NCBI GenBank assembly: GCA_965603825.1
Contig: CBFDEM010000022.1
Span: 326,975 to 390,974, forward strand
DNA from: Blepharisma stoltei ATCC 30299
Lineage: Eukaryota; Protista; Ciliophora
Length of the DNA: 64,000 nt
Direction of reading: 5' to 3'
Shown here in pieces: positions 13,171 through 24,260 of the stretch. Below the pieces are notes generated by a model. It did not search any database and was not told the DNA's origin. It worked only from the letters and a program-made list of their open reading frames with translations. How positions within the stretch are numbered: the first letter of the stretch is position 1; each line of letters begins with the position of its first letter. The translations under genes were made by a program, and so were the position numbers.

Positions 13171-13926
13171 ATGGAGGAAAGCACACTCTTTTGGTGAATA
13201 TGAACTATTTTCGGATTAACAGGGCTTTTGGTGGTCCCAATCTTATTCGTCATTCCAGCTCCATACGGAAAGTTCACCAGAGAAGGCTGGGGACTTGCCC
13301 TGAGAAGCGATCTTAGTTGGTTTATTCAAGAATCTCCCTCGTTTTACGTCTTTCTTATTACAGCTATTTATTCACCGATAAGAGATACAACAACACTTAT
13401 TTTAGGCCTATTATTTTTAATCCACTATCTAAACCGAGTCTTTTTTTACCCTCTCCAAATGCGCGGCAAAGCCAAAACCACTGTGCTAACTGTAGTAATT
13501 TCCTCCTTATTTTTCACAGTCACAAATGGATATCTTCAAGCAAGAGGACTATTTAAATTTGACCCAACCACAAATTCAATAGATAGCATTAGCTTTTGGG
13601 TAGGAGTTGTTGTATGGGAATTCGGCTTTATTATGAATTTACAAAGTGATCAAATTTTGAGAGATTTAAGAAAGCCTGGGGATATTGGATATAAAATTCC
13701 TTATGGAGGACTATTTGGATATGTGAGTGCTGCAAATTATTTTTCAGAAACAATCGAACACTTAGGATGGGCTATTGCGTGTGGCAATAAAACTGCATGG
13801 ATTTTTGTGATGTGGACTATCGCTAATTTAGGGCCAAGAGCGATGTCCCAGCACAAGTATTATTTGCAGAACTTCAAAGAATACGCAAGACTTAATAGAA
13901 AAGCCTACATACCCTTTATATTTTAA
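13171..13926 (+). CDS. 3-oxo-5-alpha-steroid 4-dehydrogenase (steroid 5-alpha reductase/DET2 family)
   Basis: ATG 13171 (MEESTLFWWIW with TGA=Trp). APYGKF, WFIQESPS, HYLNR, NGYLQ, SDQILRDLRKPG, YKIPYGGLFGYVSAANYFSE, NLGPRA, RKAYIPFIF. Confidence 0.93.
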
Positions 13927-14030
13927 CATTAATCAGGGTAAACATAACTATTTCTTTCTAATTCACTATATAAAACTCCTACTACCCATATATTAAGCTT
14001 AATGATTTGCTCAACCTAAAGTTAAATATC

Positions 14031-14516
14031 TTAATCGATATAGTCTCCCCATTTTTCTCCATCGATTTCTTCATCAACTTTAAAGCAGATATATTCCCAG
14101 AACTCATTTGATTTCTTGTTGAGTGAAATTAAATCAATCATGGAGTTAAACCCATAGTTTGAGCTGAGTAGATAAGCAATGTCCTTTGCAGAGACCACTG
14201 GATTTCCAAGGACTGGGTCGAGTGGGATGTTATTCTTGACATATTCATCAGCTTCTGCCATAATTTTATCCTGGTTGATTTTCTTTTGAGGGTCCTCTGG
14301 GCGAGATTTGTACCACTTGTAGATTGGGTAGAGCAAGAAAATACCGAAATAGCGAGCGTTCCCTGTATGTCTGCAGAGTCTCAAATAGAATTCTTTAAGT
14401 GGGTTGTACCTGCCTAGGGACTCAAGGCCGTATTTCCTTTCGTTGAAATCTAGATTAAGTCTGCGTCTGATTCTCCAACGATCTGCTGGCTTAGGAGCGT
14501 AGGTCCAAAAAGTCAT
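14031..14516 (-). CDS. Hypothetical single-pass membrane protein
   Basis: ORF from MTFWTY with one hydrophobic segment (YFGIFLLYPIYKWY). More G/C-ending codons than its neighbours. Confidence 0.7.
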   Translation of the reverse strand: MTFWTYAPKPADRWRIRRRLNLDFNERKYGLESLGRYNPLKEFYLRLCRHTGNARYFGIFLLYPIYKWYKSRPEDPQKKINQDKIMAEADEYVKNNIPLDPVLGNPVVSAKDIAYLLSSNYGFNSMIDLISLNKKSNEFWEYICFKVDEEIDGEKWGDYID

Positions 14517-14648
14517 ATTTATTATAATCAATGGATTTCTTTGAAAGGGTCGAGGTGAAAGCAAATAAATGGATAAATGTATTTAAAAATCAAAATTTAT
14601 TTATAAGAAATGGAAACTATAAGGTTATTAGTTATTAGAATACATTTT

Positions 14649-17168
14649 TTATTTAATTATTTCGAATTTATTATATATTTGATTAAGAAGATCTTTTGTT
14701 TTGCCTTTGTCTAGCAGTTCTTTTAATTTTTTATGTGCCCAGGAGAAAAGATTGAGGACTTCTTGAATATTGTAAGAAGTCCTTGTGACATTTGTGTTTG
14801 TAGCTGGATCTCTTGTAACGACAGCTTCAAAATTGTCATGTGGGAGTTCAAAAAATGGGTTTGGGTTGTCTATATAAATTCCCATAGTTTTGGGATTAAA
14901 TTCAGTACCATAAAATTTCAGAAAACTTATTAGAAGCTCTCCAAGATTTTCTGGATACTCATTCAAACTAATAACTCTGGCTACAATTCATAACAAAAGC
15001 GCATATGATCCTAACCCTCCTAAATAAGCTGAATTTAAATTGTGGACTTGCAGGAGATTTTTTAAAACGAGTGCTAAATATTGCAAATTTTTATATTTTT
15101 GTAGTAATTCTTTAGTAAGTGCCAAAGTTTTCAAACCTAAATGTCGGCCTGGTCTCAGGTCATCTGAATCATCTATAGTGATATCAACTTTTAAAGGCTC
15201 AATATTTGAGTCTATTTCTAACTTAACTACAGGAACTGTCGCTGAGTCAATTACTTGGCAGCTCCTTACCCATTTGCAATTCTCTAAGAATCCGCCAATT
15301 TCTTGGCAGATCACTCTCATACCCTCTCGGTCTGCAATGCCGCTCCTCATAATTGCGATATCGAGGTCGCTGTTTTCTAATGCTAAGCCACTAGCATGGG
15401 ATCCATATATTTCTATATAAGCTCCTGGGTGTAAAACTTTGACGAGCTCTTCTAATTTATCAATGGTGATTTTTATTTCGGGGAATCTGGAGCTTGCTTT
15501 TCTAACCATTTCACTTCCAAATTGTAGGATTTCGTGATGCAAAAAATAGCTTGGATCACTTGCATGAAGAGATTGAACGGACAAAGGAGGAAATTCATCT
15601 ATATGTGGTGGCTGAGTTTTTATATTGGCTGTCACAGTCTGTCATTGAATTTGCACTTTATTTTGCTCTTTATTTATCCCTTTTGCATCTTTATTGTGAT
15701 TGTTTGCCCTTGGCTTTTTTGGGTCGATTCTTTTATTGCTTCTTATTTTTCTTTTATTTTTGACAGGTGTTTTTGGAGCCCTTTTTTGTACTTCTACAGT
15801 AGTAAAATCTCCATTTTCATCATTTTCATGTGTTTCAACAACAGTTTTATCCTCTTCTACATCTAAATTCTTATAAACTCCAGTCATAATATTTCCCATT
15901 AACTCATTAACAAAAGCTTCTTCTTCAACTTTTTGTTCTGTTTCATTTTTTTCTTCAACTTTTTGAATTTTTGGCTTTTTTTTCTTCTTCTTTTTCTTTT
16001 TGTCTTGATTTTTTTGATTTTTTTTGGAAAGTTCATCTGAGAGCAAGTCTTCGATTTTTCTCTCAGCATAAGCTTCACTGATTTTTGTCAGGATTTTTCT
16101 AGTCACATAGTCAAAAGCTGTTGTTACTCGATCCAGAGGGGATAATGATAAAAAATCGATAAGCTTTTCAGGAGGAGAGGTTTGAAAAACATCAAAGATT
16201 GATTCTACACTTTGATTATTCATTTGGTAAAACTGAATTCTCTCTGATGAGAGCTGTTTTCCTGGACCTAAATGCTGACCATAAAATATCATTGGTCTAG
16301 CTGCTGGCTGCTTAAGATCATTAAAAGAAATTTTGTTCAAATTAGACCTTTCTTGCTTTTCTTGCTGAAATATCCTTGTAACTTCTTCAATGCTTCCTAT
16401 AATATTGAATCTCTGCAAATCTGAAAGGCTAGTCCAAAACTGCCTAAGTCCATTGCCTATTGCTCCTGACTCGCTTTCTTCTACTTGATAATGCATAATC
16501 TCTCCATGCCTCCTTGGATCAATTTTATTATACAGCCAATATTTTGACCAGAGTGCCCTTTCAATCCCTGCAATTGCCCAAGCAGAAAGTGGCTTGAATT
16601 TTGAGTCTTGTCCTAATCATGCTGGATATTCCCAGTATCACTTTTTAAACTGTTGGTCTCACAAAACTCGACAAGGAGCCTTAAATACTTTTTCATTTGT
16701 AATTTTAAGGATAGATTCTAAGAAATTAGAATAATCATCATTAACTTCAGTATCAATGGCGATTGTATCCCAATTCTCTTCTGTGTCAGCTAATCGGATT
16801 ATTTTTTCAATGTATTTTTCTGCAATGAAATTTTGGTTATCTGGTGAGATGTCTTTGAGATTTTTTTTACGCCAATAGAAATTTTCATCCAAAGCATCAT
16901 CTGGTAAGCGATTTTCTTGGTTTGCCTTTATTAATAGGCCGAATTCCATTTCGCCAGAATAAATCTTCTTGATGAACATTTGCCTTATGAAAGATGCAAG
17001 GTTGGGGTTATGAGCGTAAAGCACCTTCTTCTTCATTGATGGGGTCAATGATTGAAATCATGGAAGTATTGCATTTGAGTGGCTTTCATCATCAATTTCA
17101 GGCTTTGAATATAAGCTGAGTTCATAAATTGGGCTTCGCTTGAGCTTTTTCTTCTTAGTGGGATTCAT
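14649..17168 (-). CDS. Non-canonical poly(A) polymerase / terminal nucleotidyltransferase (Trf4/TENT4-like) with long N-terminal extension
   Basis: Four track ORFs share one frame joined by TGA=Trp (about 839 aa). IYGSHASGLALENSDLDI, ATVPVVKL, VDITI, GGLGSYALLLW, and a PAP-associated domain NLGELLISFLKFYGTEFN...DP. Confidence 0.9.
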
Positions 17169-17361
17169 TGAAATAAATATTGAAATTATTGAAAATTCTA
17201 TTAATATTTATTATTGTTAAAGATTCTATTGTCATATTTGAATTATTTTCTTGCTGTCTATATTTATATCTCTATGCTTCTTAATTTATAAAATTAATTG
17301 AGTTACTTGATTAATTAATAAGGTCCTATATTTTTTGGAAGTTTCTCACAAAATTGGTTTC

Positions 17362-17371
17362 AGCCAATAAG
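17362..17371 (+). promoter_or_regulatory. Candidate CCAAT box AGCCAATAAG
   Basis: The identical 10-mer occurs at 4466-4475 (minus strand) and CCAATAAGC at 11211-11219. All are intergenic and 200-400 bp from a start codon. Confidence 0.35.
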
Positions 17372-17534
17372 CGTTAATGAATTAATTTTATATGCAAGAA
17401 TAATTACTTTTTGTATATTTATTATTTATTTTAAAATTAATTATAAGAATAAATTTATTTTATATATAATTTAAATATATTGAGCTTAGCATTATATTAA
17501 AAGACTGAAACATAATTATAGTATTTAGCATAAA

Positions 17535-18572
17535 CTATGCGAAACTGTTTAGTCTTGGTTTTTTCGTAGACACAAGCACCTTATCAACATCAAAGCTATT
17601 TTCTTCTCTTGGTAACGGAGATACGTCAAAAATATCACAAACCCATTTATCGGGACTTGAAGGACTCATCAGTTCCTCAACATGCTCAGCTGGAACTTCT
17701 ACTTGATCTTGGCATGGGGATGCTAAATATCTTCAAGTATTAACAACATCAGGCAAGACAGGTGCATCTTCTTCAGTTTCTTCCACAAAATTATAGCGAC
17801 TTCCTTCTTGCTCTACATCTCCTCTTGAGTAAATTCTTTGTCTAGTTAATTTAACTGGTGTCAAGTTTATCGATTCACTTGCAGCCCTTTCTCTAATAAC
17901 TCTGGCTATCGGTAATTTATAATTTCCATCAGGTGGGAAAATTCTTACACCAAGGCTATCAAATTTTGCGTCTTTGGGCTGGATATGCCTATTCTGAGGC
18001 ATGCTATCTCTAGCTAATGTATCATAGTCCGGGGCTAATTTATGTAAATATAAACAATCTGGCTTGGAACACACTCTACCTCTAAGAAAATAGGTGCAAT
18101 ATTTTGTTGTCCCATAAGTAGCGCTTAATTTTTTGCCATCTAGCTCATAGCCATTGCAGGCTTTAATGCAGGTTGCAGCTTCTTCATCTAAGTTATACGT
18201 GATGTGGACTCCAAAACTAGGACCGTTAGGAGAATTTGTGTAAGCAGTCCCTTTGTTAATTACGCATTTCTTAATTGCTCCATACTGACCAAAATATTCT
18301 TGACTCCTAAGCAACTCTTCATCAGCTGTTGCAACTGGAAGGTTGATAATATATACTAGGTTGCTTTGTATAACACGTGCTTTTGCCATCTCCTCTATAT
18401 CTTGAAGAGGAATTTTTGGAGGAATTCTTGCCCTGCATAAGACTTACAATTTATCTGGTGTAAGAGTGATAGGAATCTTATGTGGAGAAGAACTTGGAGG
18501 GTTCTCAGTCTTTTTGGGCGATATTGTGATAGGCGTGATGTTGAGATTTCGAGTTTTTCTTAGTGGTTCCAT
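17535..18572 (-). CDS. Not4/CNOT4-like RRM + CCCH zinc finger protein lacking the N-terminal RING; one intron
   Basis: join with intron 18433..18447. RVIQSNLVYIINLP, EYFGQYG, GTTKYCTYFLRGRVCSKPDCLYLH. Reads through TGA 17733 to TAG 17535. Confidence 0.85.
18433..18447 (-). other. 15-nt spliceosomal intron GTAAGTCTTATGCAG
   Basis: GT..AG with A at -6. Removes an in-frame TAA and links ATG 18572 to the RRM. Confidence 0.85.
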
Positions 18573-18749
18573 CAAATATTTTTAACTAATAGACAATAAA
18601 GCTTATTCATTAAAATTTTTCCCACAATTTTAATAAGAAAATATCCTAAAGCTTGAAGATTGTTTTGATAATAGTTTTGGCGAACATTTACTGAGGTTTG
18701 CATTTCAAAATGGAAATAGAAAGACTAAAATAACTAGCTTATTAGAAAA

Positions 18750-20153
18750 ATGGGAAATTCTCCTCATCGGAGTATTTCAGATCCATCTGGGTCTTCCTCG
18801 CAGTCCTTAATAGGTTATGATTCTCCTTCATCAAATAGCTTTACTATAAAATCAGCTCCTTTAAGTGATACTCACTCAAACAAAGACCCAGGCGAAATAA
18901 ATGATATTGATGAATTGACTATTCAAGAGGCAAAAACTCATTTAAAAAGTCTAGGGTTTTCATCAACCATGATAAAGCAGGCTTATCTCAGAGGTGCTAC
19001 ATCGATAGAAGGAGCCTTAGATTTATTAACAAACGGGAAGCTGGAAGAACAAAATTTTATGTTTTCCTTTACAAATTCATATTGTCCTATCTGCAATGAA
19101 AACTTAAATGAAGTTAACCAAGTAGTCATCCCTTCATGCTTTGATAAATTTTGCAAAAGGTGCGTGACATACTATCTTCAATTGAGAATTGAAGAAGGAC
19201 AAATTCTATCTATGCCCTGCCCAAGGCATGATTGCGCAAGTGAAATCCCAATAGAAATTATAAAGAGCTTGCTTCCTCAAAATTTGATGGAAAAGTATGA
19301 AAGATTTAAAATTAATGAGGCTTTAGGGAGAGATCCAAATTTAAAGTGATGCCCAAAACCTGATTGTCAAGGATATGATATCGGGAATATGAATAAAAGC
19401 AACCTGACTTGCAACACATGCGGGCACCAATTTTGCTACTATTGCCTAGAGCCATGGCACGGGATGAGAAAATGCAAGTCAAAAACTGATTATGAGCTTG
19501 ACAAATGATCCAAAAAAAAAGGTGTAAAATTTTGTCCTAATTGTAAAAGACGAATAGAAAAGCGTGAAGGATGCGACCACATGACATGCCCTAAGTGCCG
19601 CTATGAGTGATGCTGGGTTTGTGGAATGAAATATAATGCAGGCCATTTTGATTCTTGCGAAGTAAAAATCATTAGGAAAAAAAATCCCCCACTATGGGTA
19701 GTTTTAGGACTCTATTTTTCACCTATTTGTTTTATTTTTTGTGTCATAATTCTTGAAATTATTGCAATAGAAAAAATAATTGAAGATGCAGATAGCCGTT
19801 CTAACCATTTGAAAAAAATATTAAAAATCAGAGTTTTATCTTATCCAATGGCAATTATATTAGGGATTATTTTTACGCCTTTAGCGTTTGCTTTGGCTCC
19901 ATTCGTAATTGGAATTGTTGTTATGATTGAATGCATGAGAAATTCTAAAATATGCAGTTCTTCTATGGCTGTGGTCTGGGGATGAGTTTTAGGGATTATT
20001 TTATCACCAGTTGTAGTGGTATCGATTTTTCTTGGGATTGTTATAGGCCATATTGTAGGGCTTGCTTTTATTCTCTTCAAAGCTTATATTGCTGTAAATA
20101 GGCTAAAAGATCCAACATATATGAAGCCCACAGCGAATTATGGAAAATTCTAG
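18750..20153 (+). CDS. RBR (RING-IBR-RING) E3 ubiquitin ligase with UBA-like domain and C-terminal transmembrane segments
   Basis: RING1 CPIC...FCKRC...CPRHDC; IBR KWCPKPDC...FCYYCLEPWH; RING2 [30 protein letters not shown]; hydrophobic C-terminus. One frame through TGA=Trp to TAG 20151. Confidence 0.92.
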
Positions 20154-20250
20154 ATACAAAATAATTTCGGATACAGCAGTGATATAACGATTATATTTTA
20201 TATTAAAAATTTGCAGTATAAATAATAAGTATTAATAAGCTCGACATTTT

Positions 20251-21033
20251 TTATGGACTTTCTTTCACCTGACGCTTTTTTCTAGGCTGAGTGTCGACTC
20301 CGACTTTTCTTGCTTTGACCACCAAGTCCTCAATGATTAAAGGCTTTATATAGTCTGCATGCATAGGGACAATAGCCATAAAAAAGCGGCCTTGCCGATA
20401 ATGAGAAGTTACCTCTTTAATTACAACTTTTTGATAATTAACAACTTCGTCTGCTTCTACCTCAACCATACCTCTCATGATCTTATCTCCATTTGCAGTC
20501 TTTTCCATTAGTCTTGGTGGATTTTCGTTCGTGAATAATAAGATTTTGAAATGGACTGGAGTTGATAGTTTGACTTTATTGCCTTCCATATCGGTTACTT
20601 GGGCAAGAATATGAAAAGATTTTTCCTTAAACACTGGGTATGGAATATGGCTAAGCAGCTTAAGGGAATATTCCCAACTTGACGTGCCATTGCATAATTT
20701 GTCAAGTAAAAAATCGCTTGATATAGATTCATCGTCAGAGATAATTACTGTACAATTCTTTTGAGCTGATTTAAGGAGAGCCAATTCTGAAGTCACCCAA
20801 TCAAGTTTCTTCATGTTGGATTTGGATTGCTCTGAGATCATTTTAAGTATTTCTATCTGATCTTGGTGGCCTCTTATCAGGCATGCTGCAGCACAATTGC
20901 TCATCAGGCCACCAGTGAAATTTAGAGGCTGATATTCTTGGCTGATCGAATTCAAAAATGCAAGCTGGGCCATATCTGCGTTAAACTGGGCGACTTGATC
21001 GATATTTTTTTGATCAGTATTAGGTAGACTCAT
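20251..21033 (-). CDS. Hypothetical protein, possible beta-sandwich DNA-binding protein with C-terminal NLS
   Basis: 260-aa ORF with a beta-strand-like C-terminal half ending VVKARK...PRKKRQVK. Confidence 0.7.
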   Translation of the reverse strand: MSLPNTDQKNIDQVAQFNADMAQLAFLNSISQEYQPLNFTGGLMSNCAAACLIRGHQDQIEILKMISEQSKSNMKKLDWVTSELALLKSAQKNCTVIISDDESISSDFLLDKLCNGTSSWEYSLKLLSHIPYPVFKEKSFHILAQVTDMEGNKVKLSTPVHFKILLFTNENPPRLMEKTANGDKIMRGMVEVEADEVVNYQKVVIKEVTSHYRQGRFFMAIVPMHADYIKPLIIEDLVVKARKVGVDTQPRKKRQVKESP

Positions 21034-22294
21034 ATTTTTATTAATTTATCCAATTAGTGTAAGAAAAGAAATAGCACAATTGACTATTGTGATAAAAAAA
21101 AAGTTAACAAATTTGTATTGCTATACCAGATTTTTTTATGTTAATTGTCCAATTAACAACAAACCAAAACAAAAGTCTAGTTTTAGTTGCTTTAATATCA
21201 TGAATTAGAGGCCAACTTATTTTCTTCGAATTTATTATAAGAAAACATTTTATTAATATTGTTAAAATTCATTTACTAATAAACTCAAGTGTATTATTAA
21301 CTGTATTACAGAAGACAATTTTATTTGAATTGCAGCCATTTCGATAATAGAAATTCTGGAAATCATGTCCAAAATTTAGTAAATTTTCTAAAATAGATTG
21401 ATGCCTTACCAAATCAAAGCCTAGACCGTCCATAGCTATGATAAAGATTGATAGGCAGGAAAAATACCAGATAATACTTTGAAAATCTATCATAGATCGA
21501 ATTTAAAAAAAGATGACAGAGTCTTCAAAACAATAGCCTAATGATTTTTATGAAGTGAAATTGGAGACTAGGCTGCTCATATGTTGAGCGCAAAGTTGCA
21601 AGAGTCTGGAAAGGATAACTTTATTACAGTTTTAAGAATTAGCGATAGAAACTTTCATAATGACAAAGAAGATTTGCAATATATGATTAGACGCATCTTG
21701 AAATTTTCCATTCCTGTCTTTAAGATATCCAATAGGGAAAAAAAGTTTATTTTTGCTCCAAAGAAGATTTTAGGATAAAGCATAGCTAAATCATTTATTC
21801 ATTAAAACTCTTTTTAAATCTTTAAAGAATTTCGTCTAACTAAAAAAATGGTTCTGAAGATAGCAAAACATGTGAGAGAATAAAATTAAAAAATAAATCA
21901 TCAATAAAATAATAAAGTTTTACCTCAAATCAGAAAGCATGATTATTAAACTAAACTAATTGACTGAGTATTTGCATATATGCATTATTATTTTTTAGCT
22001 TTTTTTTATGCTTAGCCACATCACAACAATAAACCTTTAAACATGCAGCAAAAATTAATTACTTTCTATGATAAAATTAGAAAAATAAGTAAAACTTTCA
22101 TGAATATTATATTATTTCGCAATGTGATTTTTTAAATTTTTTATTAGGTAATTTATTGAAAAAAATAAAATAGACAATATTATGAAAAAAATTTGCTGAC
22201 GTTTGAGATAGTCAAATTATTTATACCATTTTTAATCAGATTATTTATAAATATAAATGGCATCTTATAAGCATTATGGATTTTTTATTTTATC

Positions 22295-22981
22295 CTATGG
22301 CCAAGCTTGATATAAGGAAATTCCTGCAGAAACCAAACCTCCTATTCCAATTCATAAGTCTGAAAAATTTTTCCCAAATAAAAGTGTAGGGATATTAGTC
22401 CCAAATGCAGAGGCTGGAATTAAGTCACCTAGAATTCTTAATAGATTTATGTATAATTGCTTTCTTTCTTTCCTTATTTTCTCAATAACTGCATTATGAG
22501 ATTCAATTTTAGGTGATCCAAGAGTTGGATTTTTGCTTTTATAATCATTGACATAATTATGACACAGACTTCTCAAAATGTTTAAAAAAGCAAAAAATAA
22601 CCCAAAAAACCAGCTTTTCATCGCAGATTTTGAATAAAATGGCGTATTGAGATTAATTACTTTGAGTGATGAAAAAGTTGCCAGATTGTCAAAAAAGAAA
22701 TAAAAGAAGAAGCCAAGCCTCGTAAAAATTTGCAAAAATTTTGCTGTTCTGTTTAAAGAACTGTCTTGAAAAATTTTATTTATGGCATCAATGTCGTGGA
22801 TTCCTTTAAAAAGACGAAACATTTTTCTGGAAAAAGTTGAAGCTGAAAAGAGACCCTGAAATCTTTCTTTTAAGTCTTGATTCTTTAAAAGAGCTTTCAA
22901 AAACAAGCTTCCATATTGTAAAATTTTAAGAAATTTGTCTCTTTCATCTGTTTTATTGCTCTGAATCAAAATCTTATCCAT
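22295..22981 (-). CDS. PEX11: Peroxisomal biogenesis factor 11
   Basis: ERDKFLKILQY, SRKMFRLFK, YFFFDNL, WFFGL, LLRILGDL, then through TGA to WIGIGGLVSAGISLYQAWP-TAG. Confidence 0.9.
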
Positions 22982-23461
22982 TTAATAATTGGATTTTTTC
23001 TAGCTGAGATTAGCTGAATTTTTTCGTTATATGGTATAAAATACGAATAGAATAAATATCTTAAGGAAAAAATCTTCATTATAATTTTATTAGATTTAGT
23101 ATGGATTATAAAAACGATAATTTTGCTATTAAAATAATCTTATTAAAAATAATTGAATTTTTGAGAGATCAATGTATCTTGTAATTTTTTATTATAAAGC
23201 TATCTGATTTATTTATCTGAGCAGGATTAAGTTAATATTTCATTGCCCAAATGAAATTATTTATAGAAATAGAGCTCTATAAAATTTCTCATTTTCTAGA
23301 TGATAGTTATATTTTATTTAGATCTTTCAGAAGTTAAATAAGCAAATAAAAACTAAATTTGATTTAATTTTTATAATCATATTAATATTAAGCCAAAAAA
23401 ACAATATCTCTCAATAAGTGTTGAAAATTATAACCAGATTAGATATCAGTATAAGAAATAA

Positions 23462-24085
23462 ATGGAAATTGTATCCACATGCCCTCATACTTCATGTGTG
23501 CTTTCTTCACTAAAAGGTCTTTCCAACGGCCTTTCATACGGCGCTAAAGTCCGATTTACTCACTCCCTCGTAATTGCTTTGCTTTTTGGCAGGCAACCAT
23601 GAATAAAAAGAGTCCAGCAAATAATTTCAAACACTATTGAGCACTCCACACGCCTAGGCTTATATGTTTTTCTCTATAAAACGATACTATGCATAGTAAC
23701 AAGAATTAGAAAAGTTAGAACTCCTATAAATTCAGCTATTGCTGGTGCTATAGCTGGCTACTGTATGTTTTCAAAAGAAACCAATGTAAATGTGCAGATT
23801 ATTTTATATTTGTTTTCAAGAGTTCTGACCTCTGGTGTAGGGCTTTTATATAAGAAAGGATTAATACCAAAATCACTATTTTTAGAAAATACAAATTTTG
23901 CGATTTTGACTACTATATGCTGGTCTATTGTTATGTATTTATTTGAAGAAAGAAAAGAGTCATTGCAAACGTCATTAGTGCATTCGATGACATTTTTGTA
24001 TAAGGACTCAGAAGTATGGAAAGATTGGTATGATGCACTGCCTTTTCCAGATTTTTTTAGGAATTTATTAACTAAACATAAATAA
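23462..24085 (+). CDS. PXMP4: Peroxisomal membrane protein 4 (PMP24, Tim17/22/23 superfamily)
   Basis: LKGLSNGLSYGAKVRFTHSLVIALLF, HSTRLGLYVFLYK, AGAIAGYCMF, VNVQIILYLFSRVL, VMYLFE...SLQTSL..SMTFLY.DS. ATG 23462, one TGA=Trp. Confidence 0.9.
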
Positions 24086-24260
24086 TCTTTTACAGTATTT
24101 TATAATTCTTTACAGAAATATAAAAAGCAACTATTTATTATCCTTATAATATATTAAGTTATATGACTTAAATTATCTAATAATTAAAATTATTCTTTTT
24201 CTTTCTCTGTAAATATCCTTTTATTTTTTAACAAATTCAAATTTTTCTAAATATAAATTA

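Noticed and set aside
21269-21778. Two short ORFs (21269..21493 -, 21581..21778 +) in a long intergenic region
   Set aside because: No recognisable motif, and I could not extend the plus-strand one with UGA=Trp or a tiny intron. Possibly decayed sequence.
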